The translations under genes were made by a program, and so were the position numbers. A stretch of 63,427 bases of DNA, filler included, from an uncultured archaeon (GTDB lineage: Archaea; Iainarchaeota; Iainarchaeia; Iainarchaeales; 1-14-0-10-31-34): assembly GCA_964442255.1 (NCBI GenBank). It is 3 parts of 3 records of this genome, joined end to end, with 100 filler letters (N's around TTAATTAATTAA, not from the genome) between each part and the next. Parts side by side here need not be neighbours in the genome. Positions count along the whole stretch, not along the records: positions 27,989 to 55,655 come from CAYTYC010000018.1; 2 more parts are not named here. One strand, 5' to 3'. The notes beneath the pieces are model-generated. The model ran no database searches. It was not told the origin of the DNA and saw nothing but the letters and a program-made list of their open reading frames with translations. Shown here piece by piece: positions 29,605 through 39,547 of the stretch; position 1 is the stretch's first letter; each line of letters begins with the position of its first letter.

Positions 29605-32600
29605 ATGAAAACTCTTAATGGGCTGAATATTGTTATTTTAACGGCGTTTTTGCTTGTTTTTTCCGGGGCTTCAGTAGCCAAGATTTCGGCGATAATTGAC
29701 GATGGAGGCGGAGGAGGAGGTTCCGAGCCGTTAACCATAACCTCTCCGACAACTTCTTCGCCTGTAACCAAAAGCGAAGGGGAATCGGTTAACCTTGGCT
29801 TCACCTACAATTACACCTGCCCCACTGCCTACGGAATTGAGGTTTACGCCGACAACGACATCGGCAACCTGATTTGCTCAAAGTATGTGACAGACCTTGG
29901 GTGGACCGTTTACTACAGTTACGGTCAGCCTGTTTCCTGTGTGGATGATTCCGACAGCCACACCATAAGCGACGTGTGCGGGCTTTCAACAAGCACCCCG
30001 GGCGGAAGCTACACATCCAAGATTACCCTGTTTGACCGCTATGGAAATGTTGGCACAAGCGCCACCATGCCTTCCTCCGTAATAGTTGAAGCAACTGAAG
30101 CTAATTTGAAGGTGGACTCCGTTTCATTGAGCGCAACGGAAGTCAATGAAGGCGGCACAGTCACAGCAACCGCGGTTGTTTCAAACGACGGAGCAAGGGA
30201 CGCATCAAACGTGACTGTTACAGCTTATTACACTTCTTCCAGCATTGCGTTAACTTCCTTTGAATCAAAAAGTGTTGCCTCTCTCGCGGTTGGAACAAGC
30301 TCAACCCTAACCTTCACCTGGAACACTGAAGGCATGGAGCCAGACAATTACACCATTAAAGTTGAAGTTGACCCCGGAAACTCAATAGAGGAACAAAATG
30401 AAACAGACAACAACAAAAGGGCAGGGGTTTACGTTGCGGCCTCCGAAGATGACAGCCCTGACTTGGTTATTCAAAGCTTTTCTTCAGACAAATTAACTTA
30501 CGCTGTGGGAGAAGAAATTGAATTCACGGTGGTTGTCTTAAACCAGGGCAAGGCAGCCGCAGGAAGCTTTTATGTTTCAGTTGACACTTCCCCAATGAAA
30601 AGCACGAGCTTAAGCGGGTTGGGAGTCGGGGAGACAGGAACAGTAACCTTTACCGCAACCGCTTCATTGGACTGGGGCCCGGAAAAAACTTTCACCGCAG
30701 GGGCAGACTCAGGGGGTGTAGTGGCGGAAAGCAGTGAAACAAACAACCAGGCTGAATTAAGTTTGGGTTTCACGACGGCAATGGGAGTTCCTTTAAAGCC
30801 GCTGCTGACNNNNNNNNNNNNNNNNNNNNNNNNNNNNNNNNNNNNNNNNNNNNNNNNNNNNNNNNNNNNNNNNNNNNNNNNNNNNNNNNNNNNNNNNNNN
30901 NNNNNNNNNATTGAATCAGTTGAATATGCGCAGGGCACAATAGACAAAATGTGCCCGCAGGAAATAACTGTAATGGTGAAAAACACGGGAACAATGCCTT
31001 CCCCTGAAGTAAGCCTTGCAACGCATGGGCAGAATATAATGAAAAAGCGTTACTTTGATGTTCCGGCGCTTGAGCCAGGCCAATCCCATGAAATAAAATT
31101 TTACGCGGATTACTCGCTTACCGGAACCCCGGGCATTATTTACTATTCCCTTGACCCGGATGACGGGTTCCCGGAAGTAAACGACCAAAAAAGGGACAAT
31201 ACAGACAATGACCAGGTTACAAGATTAGGGTTAACGCAAAACAACACAAGCCGAAGCACAATCACGGCATTAAACCCATACCCTGACCTTAAAACAGACG
31301 GCCTTGAATTTGGCCGCAGCCCCGCAGTATTCAAGCCAGGGGAAAACATTTCATTTGACCTTTTAACGAAAAACGCCGGGCTCGGGGAAGCCCAAAGCGC
31401 GGAACTGGCCTTAAGCATCATAAAAGAAGGGGAAAAAGAAAAAATTGAATCAATGCAGCTGGATTACGGGGGAACGCCCGGCGCCGCAATACCGGAATGC
31501 GGGTTAAGCAATTATTCATCGGCTGCACCGATTCCCGCAGAATTAAGCGGAGTGGTTGACGAATTCAGGATATTCAGTGAAACCGGAACCAGTGCAGCAG
31601 AGTATTCAATCAGCAGGGTTGACTTTGAAAGGGAACCCACAGGAAAATGCTTCATTACAGCCGAAAAAAACGGAACAACCACGGGAATAGCTGAAATTGA
31701 CTGCACGGCAAGAACCTGCGCGCCAATATATGAAGTCAACGAATACAACAAGCTTGACGCATCCGACAACCGCACTAAATTAATGCTTGACTCAATTGGA
31801 AGGGTTTGCGCTGACTTCAGCAACTGGACAGGCGGGGAAAGCGCCACATACGGCGCGGAAAGCATTGAAACAGCCTTCTTTGGGGAAGCGGCAGTAACCA
31901 AAACAGCAGTTTCCTCAACAGGAATCAAAGAAAACGAAAGCACTTTCACCACGGCAGAAAACTTCAGGAGAATACAGGGAAACCTTGAGCTTCCCGGATA
32001 CGAGGGAAACATGGAATTTGAGGCATGCCTTGACCCCGAAAACGCGTTTTACGAATACAATGAAAACGACAACTGCATAATTCTGCCCATAACAATTACA
32101 AGCAAGCCAAACCTGAATTACGTGAGCGTGGACGCCATTATAGTGGATGAAGCTGACAGCGGCAGATTCCTCAGGGTAAAGGCAAAAGTCAAAAACATTG
32201 GGGCGGACACCGCGCAAAAATTCAAGGTAAGCGCCTTCAGGACATACTGGAAACGCACCCAAAAACTTACTACAATAATTGATGAATTGCCAGAGAATGG
32301 GAAAGAAACCACAAGACCCCGGGCAGGCGGAATCCGGGCACAGGAAGCAAGCGGCCGCGCAATTCTGTTCGCTGAAGGCGAAGAAGAAGGCGGGGAAATA
32401 GTGGAGGTAAGGCAGGAAATGCAGGAAATTGAGGCCTCAAAAGACCTTGAGCCGAATGACGAGGAAGAAATAATTATCAGCATTCCTGAAGAAGAGCTAA
32501 AGGACTCGGACAAAGTTCTTTTGCTGCTTGACTCCGAAAACAATGTTGAAGAAGCAAACGAAGACAACGAATACGGCTTTCCTGTCCCGGAAGAAATAAG

Positions 32601-33624
32601 GACAGAAACCTGCGGAAACGGAACAGACGACGACTGGGACGGGCTGGTGGATGAAGGCTGCGCTGAAATCTGCGGAAACGGAACAGACGACGACGGGGAC
32701 GGCGAAATAGATGAAGGATGCATTCCGTTTGAAGAAATATGCGGAAACGGAATAGACGACGATTTGGATGGATTAATAGACGAAGGCTGTGAAATATACG
32801 CAAGGCCAAAGGAAATATGCGGCGACGGAAAAGACAATGACTGGGATGGATACGTTGACGAGGACTGCGGGGAAGCAAAAGAGATTTGCGGGGACGGAAT
32901 AGACAACGACCTGGACGGGCTGGTGGATGAAGGGTGCCCGGAAAGCCGTGAACCGGAAGAAATTCCGGAAGAAGTGATTAAAGAAGCATACAAGGTAAAG
33001 CCCACCAAAGAAAACTCGGATTCAGAGGAAACAGAGTTTTCGGTCGGAGACAAGGTAAGGCTGGTGCTGGAGCACAAGGACTTAGGAAACCTCGGGCCGG
33101 GAGTGAGCGTTGAAATCACTGCACCGGACGGAACGGTAAGCGAATGCGTCACAAACGAAAACGGGGAATGCTTTGTGGACGCAACCCAGGTAGGGATTTA
33201 CACGGCAAAAGCAAACATTCAGGGATACGCAATTGAATCAAGGTTTGAAACAGGATACAGGAGCCAGTCCATTGTTGCCTCAATGGAGGAAGCCGTTTCA
33301 ATAATTTTTGGCTCAGGCACAACAGGGGAAGGCGCAAACATTCTGCCCATTCTTCTGATTTTGTCTTTTGTGGCTGCGGTGATAGCATACTTAAGGCTGG
33401 GGTATTACACGAAAAAAGAGGTTGTTCCGGCAGGCAAAAGAAACGCGGAAGGGTTTGTGAAGGCCGTGCTTGCATTGGTTTTCTTCGCATTGCCCTTGGC
33501 AGTGAACCGGTTCTACGGCTTCAGGCTGGCATTCATTGTGGTGGTGGCGGAACTGATAATAATTTTCGTGTACCATTACATGGTGCTGGGAAGAAAAAGG
33601 AAAAAGCGCACACTAAAGCTGTAG
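29605..33624 (+). CDS. Large surface protein with CARDB domains, acidic CGNGxDDDxDGxxDEGC repeats and C-terminal TMs (spans a gap)
   Basis: PDLVI..VDP.N.I.E.NE.DN motifs; five CG(N/D)G.D.D.DG..DE.C repeats. Confidence 0.85.
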   Translation: MKTLNGLNIVILTAFLLVFSGASVAKISAIIDDGGGGGGSEPLTITSPTTSSPVTKSEGESVNLGFTYNYTCPTAYGIEVYADNDIGNLICSKYVTDLGWTVYYSYGQPVSCVDDSDSHTISDVCGLSTSTPGGSYTSKITLFDRYGNVGTSATMPSSVIVEATEANLKVDSVSLSATEVNEGGTVTATAVVSNDGARDASNVTVTAYYTSSSIALTSFESKSVASLAVGTSSTLTFTWNTEGMEPDNYTIKVEVDPGNSIEEQNETDNNKRAGVYVAASEDDSPDLVIQSFSSDKLTYAVGEEIEFTVVVLNQGKAAAGSFYVSVDTSPMKSTSLSGLGVGETGTVTFTATASLDWGPEKTFTAGADSGGVVAESSETNNQAELSLGFTTAMGVPLKPLLXXXXXXXXXXXXXXXXXXXXXXXXXXXXXXXXXXIESVEYAQGTIDKMCPQEITVMVKNTGTMPSPEVSLATHGQNIMKKRYFDVPALEPGQSHEIKFYADYSLTGTPGIIYYSLDPDDGFPEVNDQKRDNTDNDQVTRLGLTQNNTSRSTITALNPYPDLKTDGLEFGRSPAVFKPGENISFDLLTKNAGLGEAQSAELALSIIKEGEKEKIESMQLDYGGTPGAAIPECGLSNYSSAAPIPAELSGVVDEFRIFSETGTSAAEYSISRVDFEREPTGKCFITAEKNGTTTGIAEIDCTARTCAPIYEVNEYNKLDASDNRTKLMLDSIGRVCADFSNWTGGESATYGAESIETAFFGEAAVTKTAVSSTGIKENESTFTTAENFRRIQGNLELPGYEGNMEFEACLDPENAFYEYNENDNCIILPITITSKPNLNYVSVDAIIVDEADSGRFLRVKAKVKNIGADTAQKFKVSAFRTYWKRTQKLTTIIDELPENGKETTRPRAGGIRAQEASGRAILFAEGEEEGGEIVEVRQEMQEIEASKDLEPNDEEEIIISIPEEELKDSDKVLLLLDSENNVEEANEDNEYGFPVPEEIRTETCGNGTDDDWDGLVDEGCAEICGNGTDDDGDGEIDEGCIPFEEICGNGIDDDLDGLIDEGCEIYARPKEICGDGKDNDWDGYVDEDCGEAKEICGDGIDNDLDGLVDEGCPESREPEEIPEEVIKEAYKVKPTKENSDSEETEFSVGDKVRLVLEHKDLGNLGPGVSVEITAPDGTVSECVTNENGECFVDATQVGIYTAKANIQGYAIESRFETGYRSQSIVASMEEAVSIIFGSGTTGEGANILPILLILSFVAAVIAYLRLGYYTKKEVVPAGKRNAEGFVKAVLALVFFALPLAVNRFYGFRLAFIVVVAELIIIFVYHYMVLGRKRKKRTLKL

Positions 33625-33643
33625 TCGCTCACTGAATTCGCTT

Positions 33644-34303
33644 ATGCTGGCAAAAGCAGTTATCTTTGACTGGGACGGAACACTCGCCGACACTATTCCT
33701 TTAACATTTAAAATCTACAAAGAAGTTTTCAGAAAACTGAAAAAACGCGGACTTAGCTTTGAAGACTTCAAAAAACTCTTCAGCAGGGAACATGAAAGGC
33801 TCTACAGTTTCATGAAACTCACGCCAAAGGAAAAAAGCAAGGCGGACAGGGCGTGGAAAGAGGTTTACGGGAAAAGGCAAAAGGAAATAAAGCTCTGCAA
33901 AGGGGCAAGAGAATTGTTAACTGCTTTAAAGGATTCCGGAATTAAAACCGCACTGGTTTCAAGCGGAAAAAAGCTTAGAGTAGAGCAAGAGCTGAAGCAG
34001 ACAAATTCAAGGAAATTCTTTAACGCCGTAGTAACGGCGGAGGAAATTCCAGAGCCAAAACCGCATCCAATCGGGTTGTTGTACGCCATAAAACTCTTGA
34101 ATGAGAAGCCGGAAAACTGCGTCTATGCGGGGGACATGGCTGAAGACATTGAAGCAGGAAAAAAAGCTGGAATGAAAACAATTGCAGTATTGCATGGGAT
34201 GCATTCAAGGGAAGCGCTTGAAACCTGCAGGCCGGATTTTTTTGCATGGAACCTGAAAGAATTAAAAAATCTGCTGTGCAATCAGCCTTCAGCCACGCCG
34301 TAA
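33644..34303 (+). CDS. HAD family hydrolase
   Basis: FDWDGTLADT, KPHP, GDMAEDI. Confidence 0.92.
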   Translation: MLAKAVIFDWDGTLADTIPLTFKIYKEVFRKLKKRGLSFEDFKKLFSREHERLYSFMKLTPKEKSKADRAWKEVYGKRQKEIKLCKGARELLTALKDSGIKTALVSSGKKLRVEQELKQTNSRKFFNAVVTAEEIPEPKPHPIGLLYAIKLLNEKPENCVYAGDMAEDIEAGKKAGMKTIAVLHGMHSREALETCRPDFFAWNLKELKNLLCNQPSATP

Positions 34304-35841
34304 ACAAAGAAAAAGCCGTTAGAGTAAAGCCTGTCCGCAAACCCGCACTTGAATTCCTTCTCCGAAAAAATGAAATCCGGACGGAATTCCTGGAGGTGAA
34401 GCTCTTTCCTTTCGCACCTCTGCTCAAGGAAAAAAACCATTGAATCCTCCGCAATCCCGGAGCCGGCACGCGTTAAAGGCGTGGCAAAAATTTTCCTTTC
34501 AGCGTAAGCGCGAATCACCAGAGAATACCAGGGCAAAGCAAAAACCCTTGCATTTTCAGGGGAGTTTGCCATAAGGAAATCCAGGGCGGGAATGCCTTCA
34601 TGCTCCAAATCCTGGTACAAATGGCTTTCAAACGCGAACGGAACCAAAACAAGCTGGGAAGAAAAAAACAGGGCGGCAATTGCAAGAGCGGAAAACTTCA
34701 CCAGCTTTTCTTCCCTTCCCCCCTCTGCAGAAGAAAAACCCCTGAAAGCGTACAGCAAAACATAGAAGCCGATTCCGGCAAACATCAGGAGAAGCGCCAA
34801 TTCCGACATGAAAAGCCTGGCGTAAGGAGCCAAAAAAGAAACGCCAAACAAATGGAACTGCACGTAAAGAACAAGCATTGCCGCAAACACTGTTACAAGA
34901 AGAATGCCTTGGTTGCGGAAAAAAAACTCGTCCCCAAACAGCCCGGACTTTTTGCGGAAAATTTTTGGAAGCGCCCACAAAGACAAAACAAATCCGAACC
35001 CAAAAAAGCCGAGGAAAAAAAGCATTGGCTGAAGGAAGTCAATGAAATAAAAAAGCGGATTCCAGCTGTAAATGGAGGAAAACGTGAGTTTTGAGAGAAG
35101 GTTTGCTGAAAGCGCTTTAAATGATTCAATTGAAAACGAGAATCCTCCGCCAAAAAATCCGAGCTGGAAAGCAAAAAACGGAAGAATCAACACAAGGACG
35201 ATTGCGCCGAACGCAAGCCGCATCTGGTTTGATGCAAACTTGCGCGGGTTAAGGGCAAGGAAAAGCACAAAACCGGGAATAAGGGAAATGGTGTAGGCTG
35301 GGTGGAAAAGCGTGGCTGAAGCAAACAAAAAGATGAAAAGGAAGGCGTGCTTCCTGCTCTCCAAAGCCCTGACAAAAAAATACAGGAGCATTGGCAGGAA
35401 CATTAGCCCAAGCGCCATTGGAACCAAAAACCAAAGCCCAAGGACAGTGGTGTTTGATGCTGTCAGCAGGACAAGGATTGCGCTAAACAGTGCGGGAACG
35501 GTTTCCTTAAAGAGGCGGCGGAGCAAAACAAAGGCTGAAAGCGAGAGCACAAGCGCAACGAAAGAGGGCAGGAACAGGGGAAACCAGAGAGGGTCAATAC
35601 CGGAGGCAAGGGAAAGGGATTTGAGCCAGGCGTGAAATCCAATCTCCCAGTTGTTTCCAATTAAAAGTTTGTTTCCTGAAAGGTTTTTCCCGGCTGTAAG
35701 CTCGTTTGTGAGCGCAATGTGGTCGAATTCCTCGGAATGGAAGGGAAGAAAGTAATTGAAGTGAATTGAGCCGACCGCATAAATGCTGAGCAGGAGCAAA
35801 AGAAAAAACAGGAGAAAAGAATCCCTGCGGGAGAGTTTCAT
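34282..35841 (-). CDS. Polytopic membrane protein, putative GT-C glycosyltransferase
   Basis: HSEEFDH after TM1, about 12 TMs, C-terminal AL.FL..NSP..ARV domain. Confidence 0.65.
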   Translation of the reverse strand: MKLSRRDSFLLFFLLLLLSIYAVGSIHFNYFLPFHSEEFDHIALTNELTAGKNLSGNKLLIGNNWEIGFHAWLKSLSLASGIDPLWFPLFLPSFVALVLSLSAFVLLRRLFKETVPALFSAILVLLTASNTTVLGLWFLVPMALGLMFLPMLLYFFVRALESRKHAFLFIFLFASATLFHPAYTISLIPGFVLFLALNPRKFASNQMRLAFGAIVLVLILPFFAFQLGFFGGGFSFSIESFKALSANLLSKLTFSSIYSWNPLFYFIDFLQPMLFFLGFFGFGFVLSLWALPKIFRKKSGLFGDEFFFRNQGILLVTVFAAMLVLYVQFHLFGVSFLAPYARLFMSELALLLMFAGIGFYVLLYAFRGFSSAEGGREEKLVKFSALAIAALFFSSQLVLVPFAFESHLYQDLEHEGIPALDFLMANSPENARVFALPWYSLVIRAYAERKIFATPLTRAGSGIAEDSMVFFLEQRCERKELHLQEFRPDFIFSEKEFKCGFADRLYSNGFFFVYGVAEG

Positions 35842-35905
35842 GGAGAATTAGTAGGGCTAAACTAATTTATATAAGTTCTCATATATTTAAAGTGGCTGAA
35901 AAGGC

Positions 35906-36268
35906 ATGGAACTGGAAAGGGTTAAAAGGGAAAAGCTTTTGGTTGCGGCAATAATCTGCCTTCCGGGGGCAGGAATATCGGTTTTCCAGGATTTTCCGGG
36001 AAGCTTTGTTTTCGTTGCCTTCCTGGCATACTTTTTTCCCGGATACGTGCTTGCATACCTTATTCTCGGGGAACTGGATTTCGTGGAAAGCATTGTGTAC
36101 GGTTTTGCGTTAAGCATGGGGCTGATTGTGTTCAGCATCCTGCTCCTGCAAACAGGGCTGGGTTTTTCTTTCACAAGGGAAACTGTTGCACAGGCCGCAA
36201 TCCTCAGCTCAACACTTTTCCTGGCTTTGTTCCTTTTAAGGAGATATCTTTCGGAGGCGTTTGTGTGA
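35906..36268 (+). CDS. Membrane protein (DUF1616-like)
   Basis: FFPGYVL...ELDFVESIVYGFALS. Confidence 0.65.
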   Translation: MELERVKREKLLVAAIICLPGAGISVFQDFPGSFVFVAFLAYFFPGYVLAYLILGELDFVESIVYGFALSMGLIVFSILLLQTGLGFSFTRETVAQAAILSSTLFLALFLLRRYLSEAFV

Positions 36269-36711
36269 AAAAATTCCTTCTGTTTTCCGCCCTGGTGTTT
36301 TCGTTTCTTTTGGTTGGCTCAATCCGCGCAGAGCCTTTCTCCGCCTTTCCCGGGGAAACGGTAAGCCTTTTCATTGAAGAAAAAGGGGTGGAAAGGGTTT
36401 CAATAACCCATTATTATTCCCTTGTGGAATTCGTTCCCTGCACAAAAGAACTGTGCCCCGTGTTTGAAAACGGGGAACTGGAGGAAAAAGGAAAGGCGCC
36501 CGGGGAGTACGGGGTTAAGGTGGGAAAGGAAAGAACGGGAAACTATTTGGTTAAGGTTGAATTCTTGGGCGAAAGAAAGCCCTTGTACACGTCTTTTGCG
36601 GTGCAAAGGGATTACAGCCTGCTCGGCATAATCGGGCCCGCTGTTTTGCTTGCGGCCCTCATAGGAGTTGAACTCAATGTTTTCAGGAAAAAACGTGCAA
36701 TTAAAGGGTGA
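36265..36711 (+). CDS. Secreted, C-terminally anchored protein
   Basis: Signal peptide, C-terminal TM plus basic tail; overlaps its neighbours. Confidence 0.7.
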   Translation: MKKFLLFSALVFSFLLVGSIRAEPFSAFPGETVSLFIEEKGVERVSITHYYSLVEFVPCTKELCPVFENGELEEKGKAPGEYGVKVGKERTGNYLVKVEFLGERKPLYTSFAVQRDYSLLGIIGPAVLLAALIGVELNVFRKKRAIKG

Positions 36712-38467
36712 AGCAAAATTCGCGCTGTTCTTTGCGGCAGTTATGGCTTCGCAGGCGCTTTTCCTTTTCATAAGGGAAGACATTCAAGCAAGCCTTTTCC
36801 AGTTTCTCCTTGTTTTCGGGATGGCCCTGGCTTTTTACCTTGTGCAAAGGAAAGTGAAATACGTTTTCCCTTTCGCGGTTTTTGCGTCCGCACTGATTGC
36901 GTTTTCGTTTTTCGGGCAAAGGTTTGAGGAGCACATCCACTACGCCCTCCCGTATTTCGTGGGTTTCTCCATTTTTATGGCTTCCTTCATGGCAGTGGTG
37001 CAGAAAAAAAAGTTCAGGGAGTTTGCACTGCTTTTGGCGGCGTTTTTTTTCCTGCTTTCGCCCGCTGTTTTGTCCCCACAAATAAGGACCGGGGACGACG
37101 GCGCTCATTTCTTCATCCTCCACCAGTTGCATTCCCGGGACATAACGCCAGAAGCACTGGGCGAGTCAAATTACCTGAACATAAGCCCGCTTTACTATTA
37201 CTTTTTTGTTTCAATCGCAAAAATAACCGGCACGGGGCTTAGCGAAATGTTTTTTGCGATGAAGCTGGTTGTTTCCGCCCTGATTTTTCTCTCCTTTTTC
37301 CTGATTGGAAGGCATTTTTCAAACACAAAATTCGGCATTCTTGCCGCGCTGCTTGCGTTTTTTCCGGTGGCAAGCCTGCATTTGGCTCCGCAGATTCTGG
37401 GAAGGCTTTTTCTGCTGAACGTGTTCATTTACACGTACCTGAAATTCTTCCACTCCCTGCGTTCCCGCATAATTTTATTGCTGCTGATTGTAAGCATTGT
37501 GTACGTCAACTTAACAACACTTTACATTTCCTTGTCGGTTTTCGCGGCGCTTGCCGGAATTTATTTCGTGAAAAGCCTTAGGAAAAAATTCCTTTACTTC
37601 ACGGATTTTGCGGTGCTGGCGCTCTTCATTCTCCTCACGGCGGGATACTTTTATTCGGTGAACATAGATATTTTCAGCGCCGTGCCGAGCTTCCTGACGC
37701 CGGTTGAGGAAGGCTTTGACCCCTCTGCTTTTGGGGGGGAAGCGGAAGGTGGGCAGATTAAGTCCCTGCCCGCCGAAGACCCTGTTTCATACGCGTTCTT
37801 GAGGGTAAAAAATTTTGTGCTGGGTTATGTGAACGCGTTCAGCCTCCTGCACCTCATAACATACGTTTACTATTACGCGCTGGTCGTGCTGATGGTTTTA
37901 ATTGTTTCCAGGAAAATGAACCGCGAGGATTTGGGCTACTATGCGCTGGGATTCATTGTGCTGATTTTCTTTTTGATTCTCATCGGATTCCAGCAGGGGG
38001 TTCACGCAACCCTGTGGACGCTGAACATAGTGTTCCTTCTCTCCATCATCATTATTCTGGCCAAACGCGAGTACCTTCTTGTGCCGCTGGTTTTGTTCAT
38101 GCTCTGTTTTAATGTAATGCCCGTCCATTATTCCGAAAACCAGTTTCAGCAGGCACAGGGGGAACTGAACAATGAATTCAGGGGGCTAGCGGAATTTGAG
38201 GGCAGGCTTACTTCATACTACCCGATAAAAGGCCACCAGGAAATAACCGGGCATTTGGGGGACGGAAACGCGTTCATTGCATTGAGCTGCTCAAAGGGAA
38301 AATACTTTGACGCAAAGCTTTATTTCCCTGACCACGGGGAGGTTGTGCTGGGCTGCACAAAAGAAGGAAAGCCTTTTGTGAACGGATTGAACGCAAGCAG
38401 GGAAAGAATTATTTACGAAAACGAATTTTCAACGACTTATGCAGTGGACTTGAAGAAATTTACCTGA
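36668..38467 (+). CDS. Polytopic membrane protein, putative GT-C glycosyltransferase
   Basis: GDDGAHF loop, PLYYYF, many TMs. Confidence 0.65.
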   Translation: MNSMFSGKNVQLKGEAKFALFFAAVMASQALFLFIREDIQASLFQFLLVFGMALAFYLVQRKVKYVFPFAVFASALIAFSFFGQRFEEHIHYALPYFVGFSIFMASFMAVVQKKKFREFALLLAAFFFLLSPAVLSPQIRTGDDGAHFFILHQLHSRDITPEALGESNYLNISPLYYYFFVSIAKITGTGLSEMFFAMKLVVSALIFLSFFLIGRHFSNTKFGILAALLAFFPVASLHLAPQILGRLFLLNVFIYTYLKFFHSLRSRIILLLLIVSIVYVNLTTLYISLSVFAALAGIYFVKSLRKKFLYFTDFAVLALFILLTAGYFYSVNIDIFSAVPSFLTPVEEGFDPSAFGGEAEGGQIKSLPAEDPVSYAFLRVKNFVLGYVNAFSLLHLITYVYYYALVVLMVLIVSRKMNREDLGYYALGFIVLIFFLILIGFQQGVHATLWTLNIVFLLSIIIILAKREYLLVPLVLFMLCFNVMPVHYSENQFQQAQGELNNEFRGLAEFEGRLTSYYPIKGHQEITGHLGDGNAFIALSCSKGKYFDAKLYFPDHGEVVLGCTKEGKPFVNGLNASRERIIYENEFSTTYAVDLKKFT

Positions 38468-38685
38468 TTTTTGCCATTTACGAAAACGAATTTTCAACGA
38501 CTTATGCAGTGGACTTGAAGAAATTTACCTNNNNNNNNNNNNNNNNNNNNNNNNNNNNNNNNNNNNNNNNNNNNNNNNNNNNNNNNNNNNNNNNNNNNNN
38601 NNNNNNNNNNNNNNNNNNNNNNNNNNNNNNACGAATTTTCAACGACTTATGCAGTGGACTTGAAGAAATTTACCTGATTTTTGCC
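38411..38685. repeat. 65-bp tandem duplication of convergent gene ends; spans a gap
   Basis: ATTTACGAAAACG...TTTACCTGATTTTTGCC at 38411, 38476 and ending at 38685. Confidence 0.75.
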
Positions 38686-39542
38686 CACCTAAAAACCAAA
38701 AGCCAGTACGCAAGGAAAAACGCGATGAACAAAAACAGGGCGCTTATTGGGTGGACGAATTTGACTGCAAAGCCTGTTGAAATGAGGTGCCCGGATGCGA
38801 CTATGATGTAGAGCCTTAGAACTGAAAGAAGGTAAATAAGCGCGGAGCCAAACAGCAAGGCGAAAAGCATTTTTTTTCTGTGCAGGGAAAAGAAGTCGGT
38901 AAGCCAGCCCGCAAAGAAAAGGAACACAAACAATATCAGCGACTCAATTCCCGCACAGTACTGGACTATTTTTACGCTGAATTCCTGCGTTCCCAGCACG
39001 GGAATTGCATCGGGCTTAAGGATTGCGGAGCCGAATGAGAACTCCAGCATTCCCTTCGCCAGGTATAAGCCGGGAAGGGAGAGTTCAAGCCAAAAGAAAT
39101 GCACCAAAAAGAAAACAAGGTGCAAAACGAAAAAAAATGCAAGCGAAAGCAAAACCTCTTTCCCGTATTCCCTTAAAATTTTCAGGCAGTTTGCAGGCCC
39201 GAAAAGGCTTAACGCAAGAAAAAATGCGGACAGCACAGTGAGCGTTTCCCGGAAAATGAGTTCCGCTTCAAGGAAAAGGACGCGAAGAAAAAGGAACAAA
39301 AGGAAAAAGGAGAACGCAATTGCGGCTGGAAGGAGGCAGTCTTTTTCCGGGGCAAACCGCAGAAGCCCGTGCCTGGAGACAAGGAAAAAAAACAATGCAA
39401 GCTCAAGCGGAACAGCGAAAGGGTAAAGAGAGTAAATGACTTTTCCGTGCGCAAGCGTTACAAGGAATAAAAGGAAAACCAGCCCAAAGTAAAAGAAAAG
39501 GAACCTGGTGAAAAGCGAGGAAAAGCCTTTGCTGAATTTCAC
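38670..39542 (-). CDS. Exosortase/archaeosortase family protein
   Basis: About 8 TMs; YCAGIES, LR, VHP as Cys/Arg/His catalytic candidates. Confidence 0.8.
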   Translation of the reverse strand: MKFSKGFSSLFTRFLFFYFGLVFLLFLVTLAHGKVIYSLYPFAVPLELALFFFLVSRHGLLRFAPEKDCLLPAAIAFSFFLLFLFLRVLFLEAELIFRETLTVLSAFFLALSLFGPANCLKILREYGKEVLLSLAFFFVLHLVFFLVHFFWLELSLPGLYLAKGMLEFSFGSAILKPDAIPVLGTQEFSVKIVQYCAGIESLILFVFLFFAGWLTDFFSLHRKKMLFALLFGSALIYLLSVLRLYIIVASGHLISTGFAVKFVHPISALFLFIAFFLAYWLLVFRWAKIR

Positions 39543-39547
39543 CTGAA

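Noticed and set aside
32118..33152. 344-aa Ser-rich antisense ORF and similar long antisense ORFs
   Set aside because: They are shadows of acidic sense-strand genes
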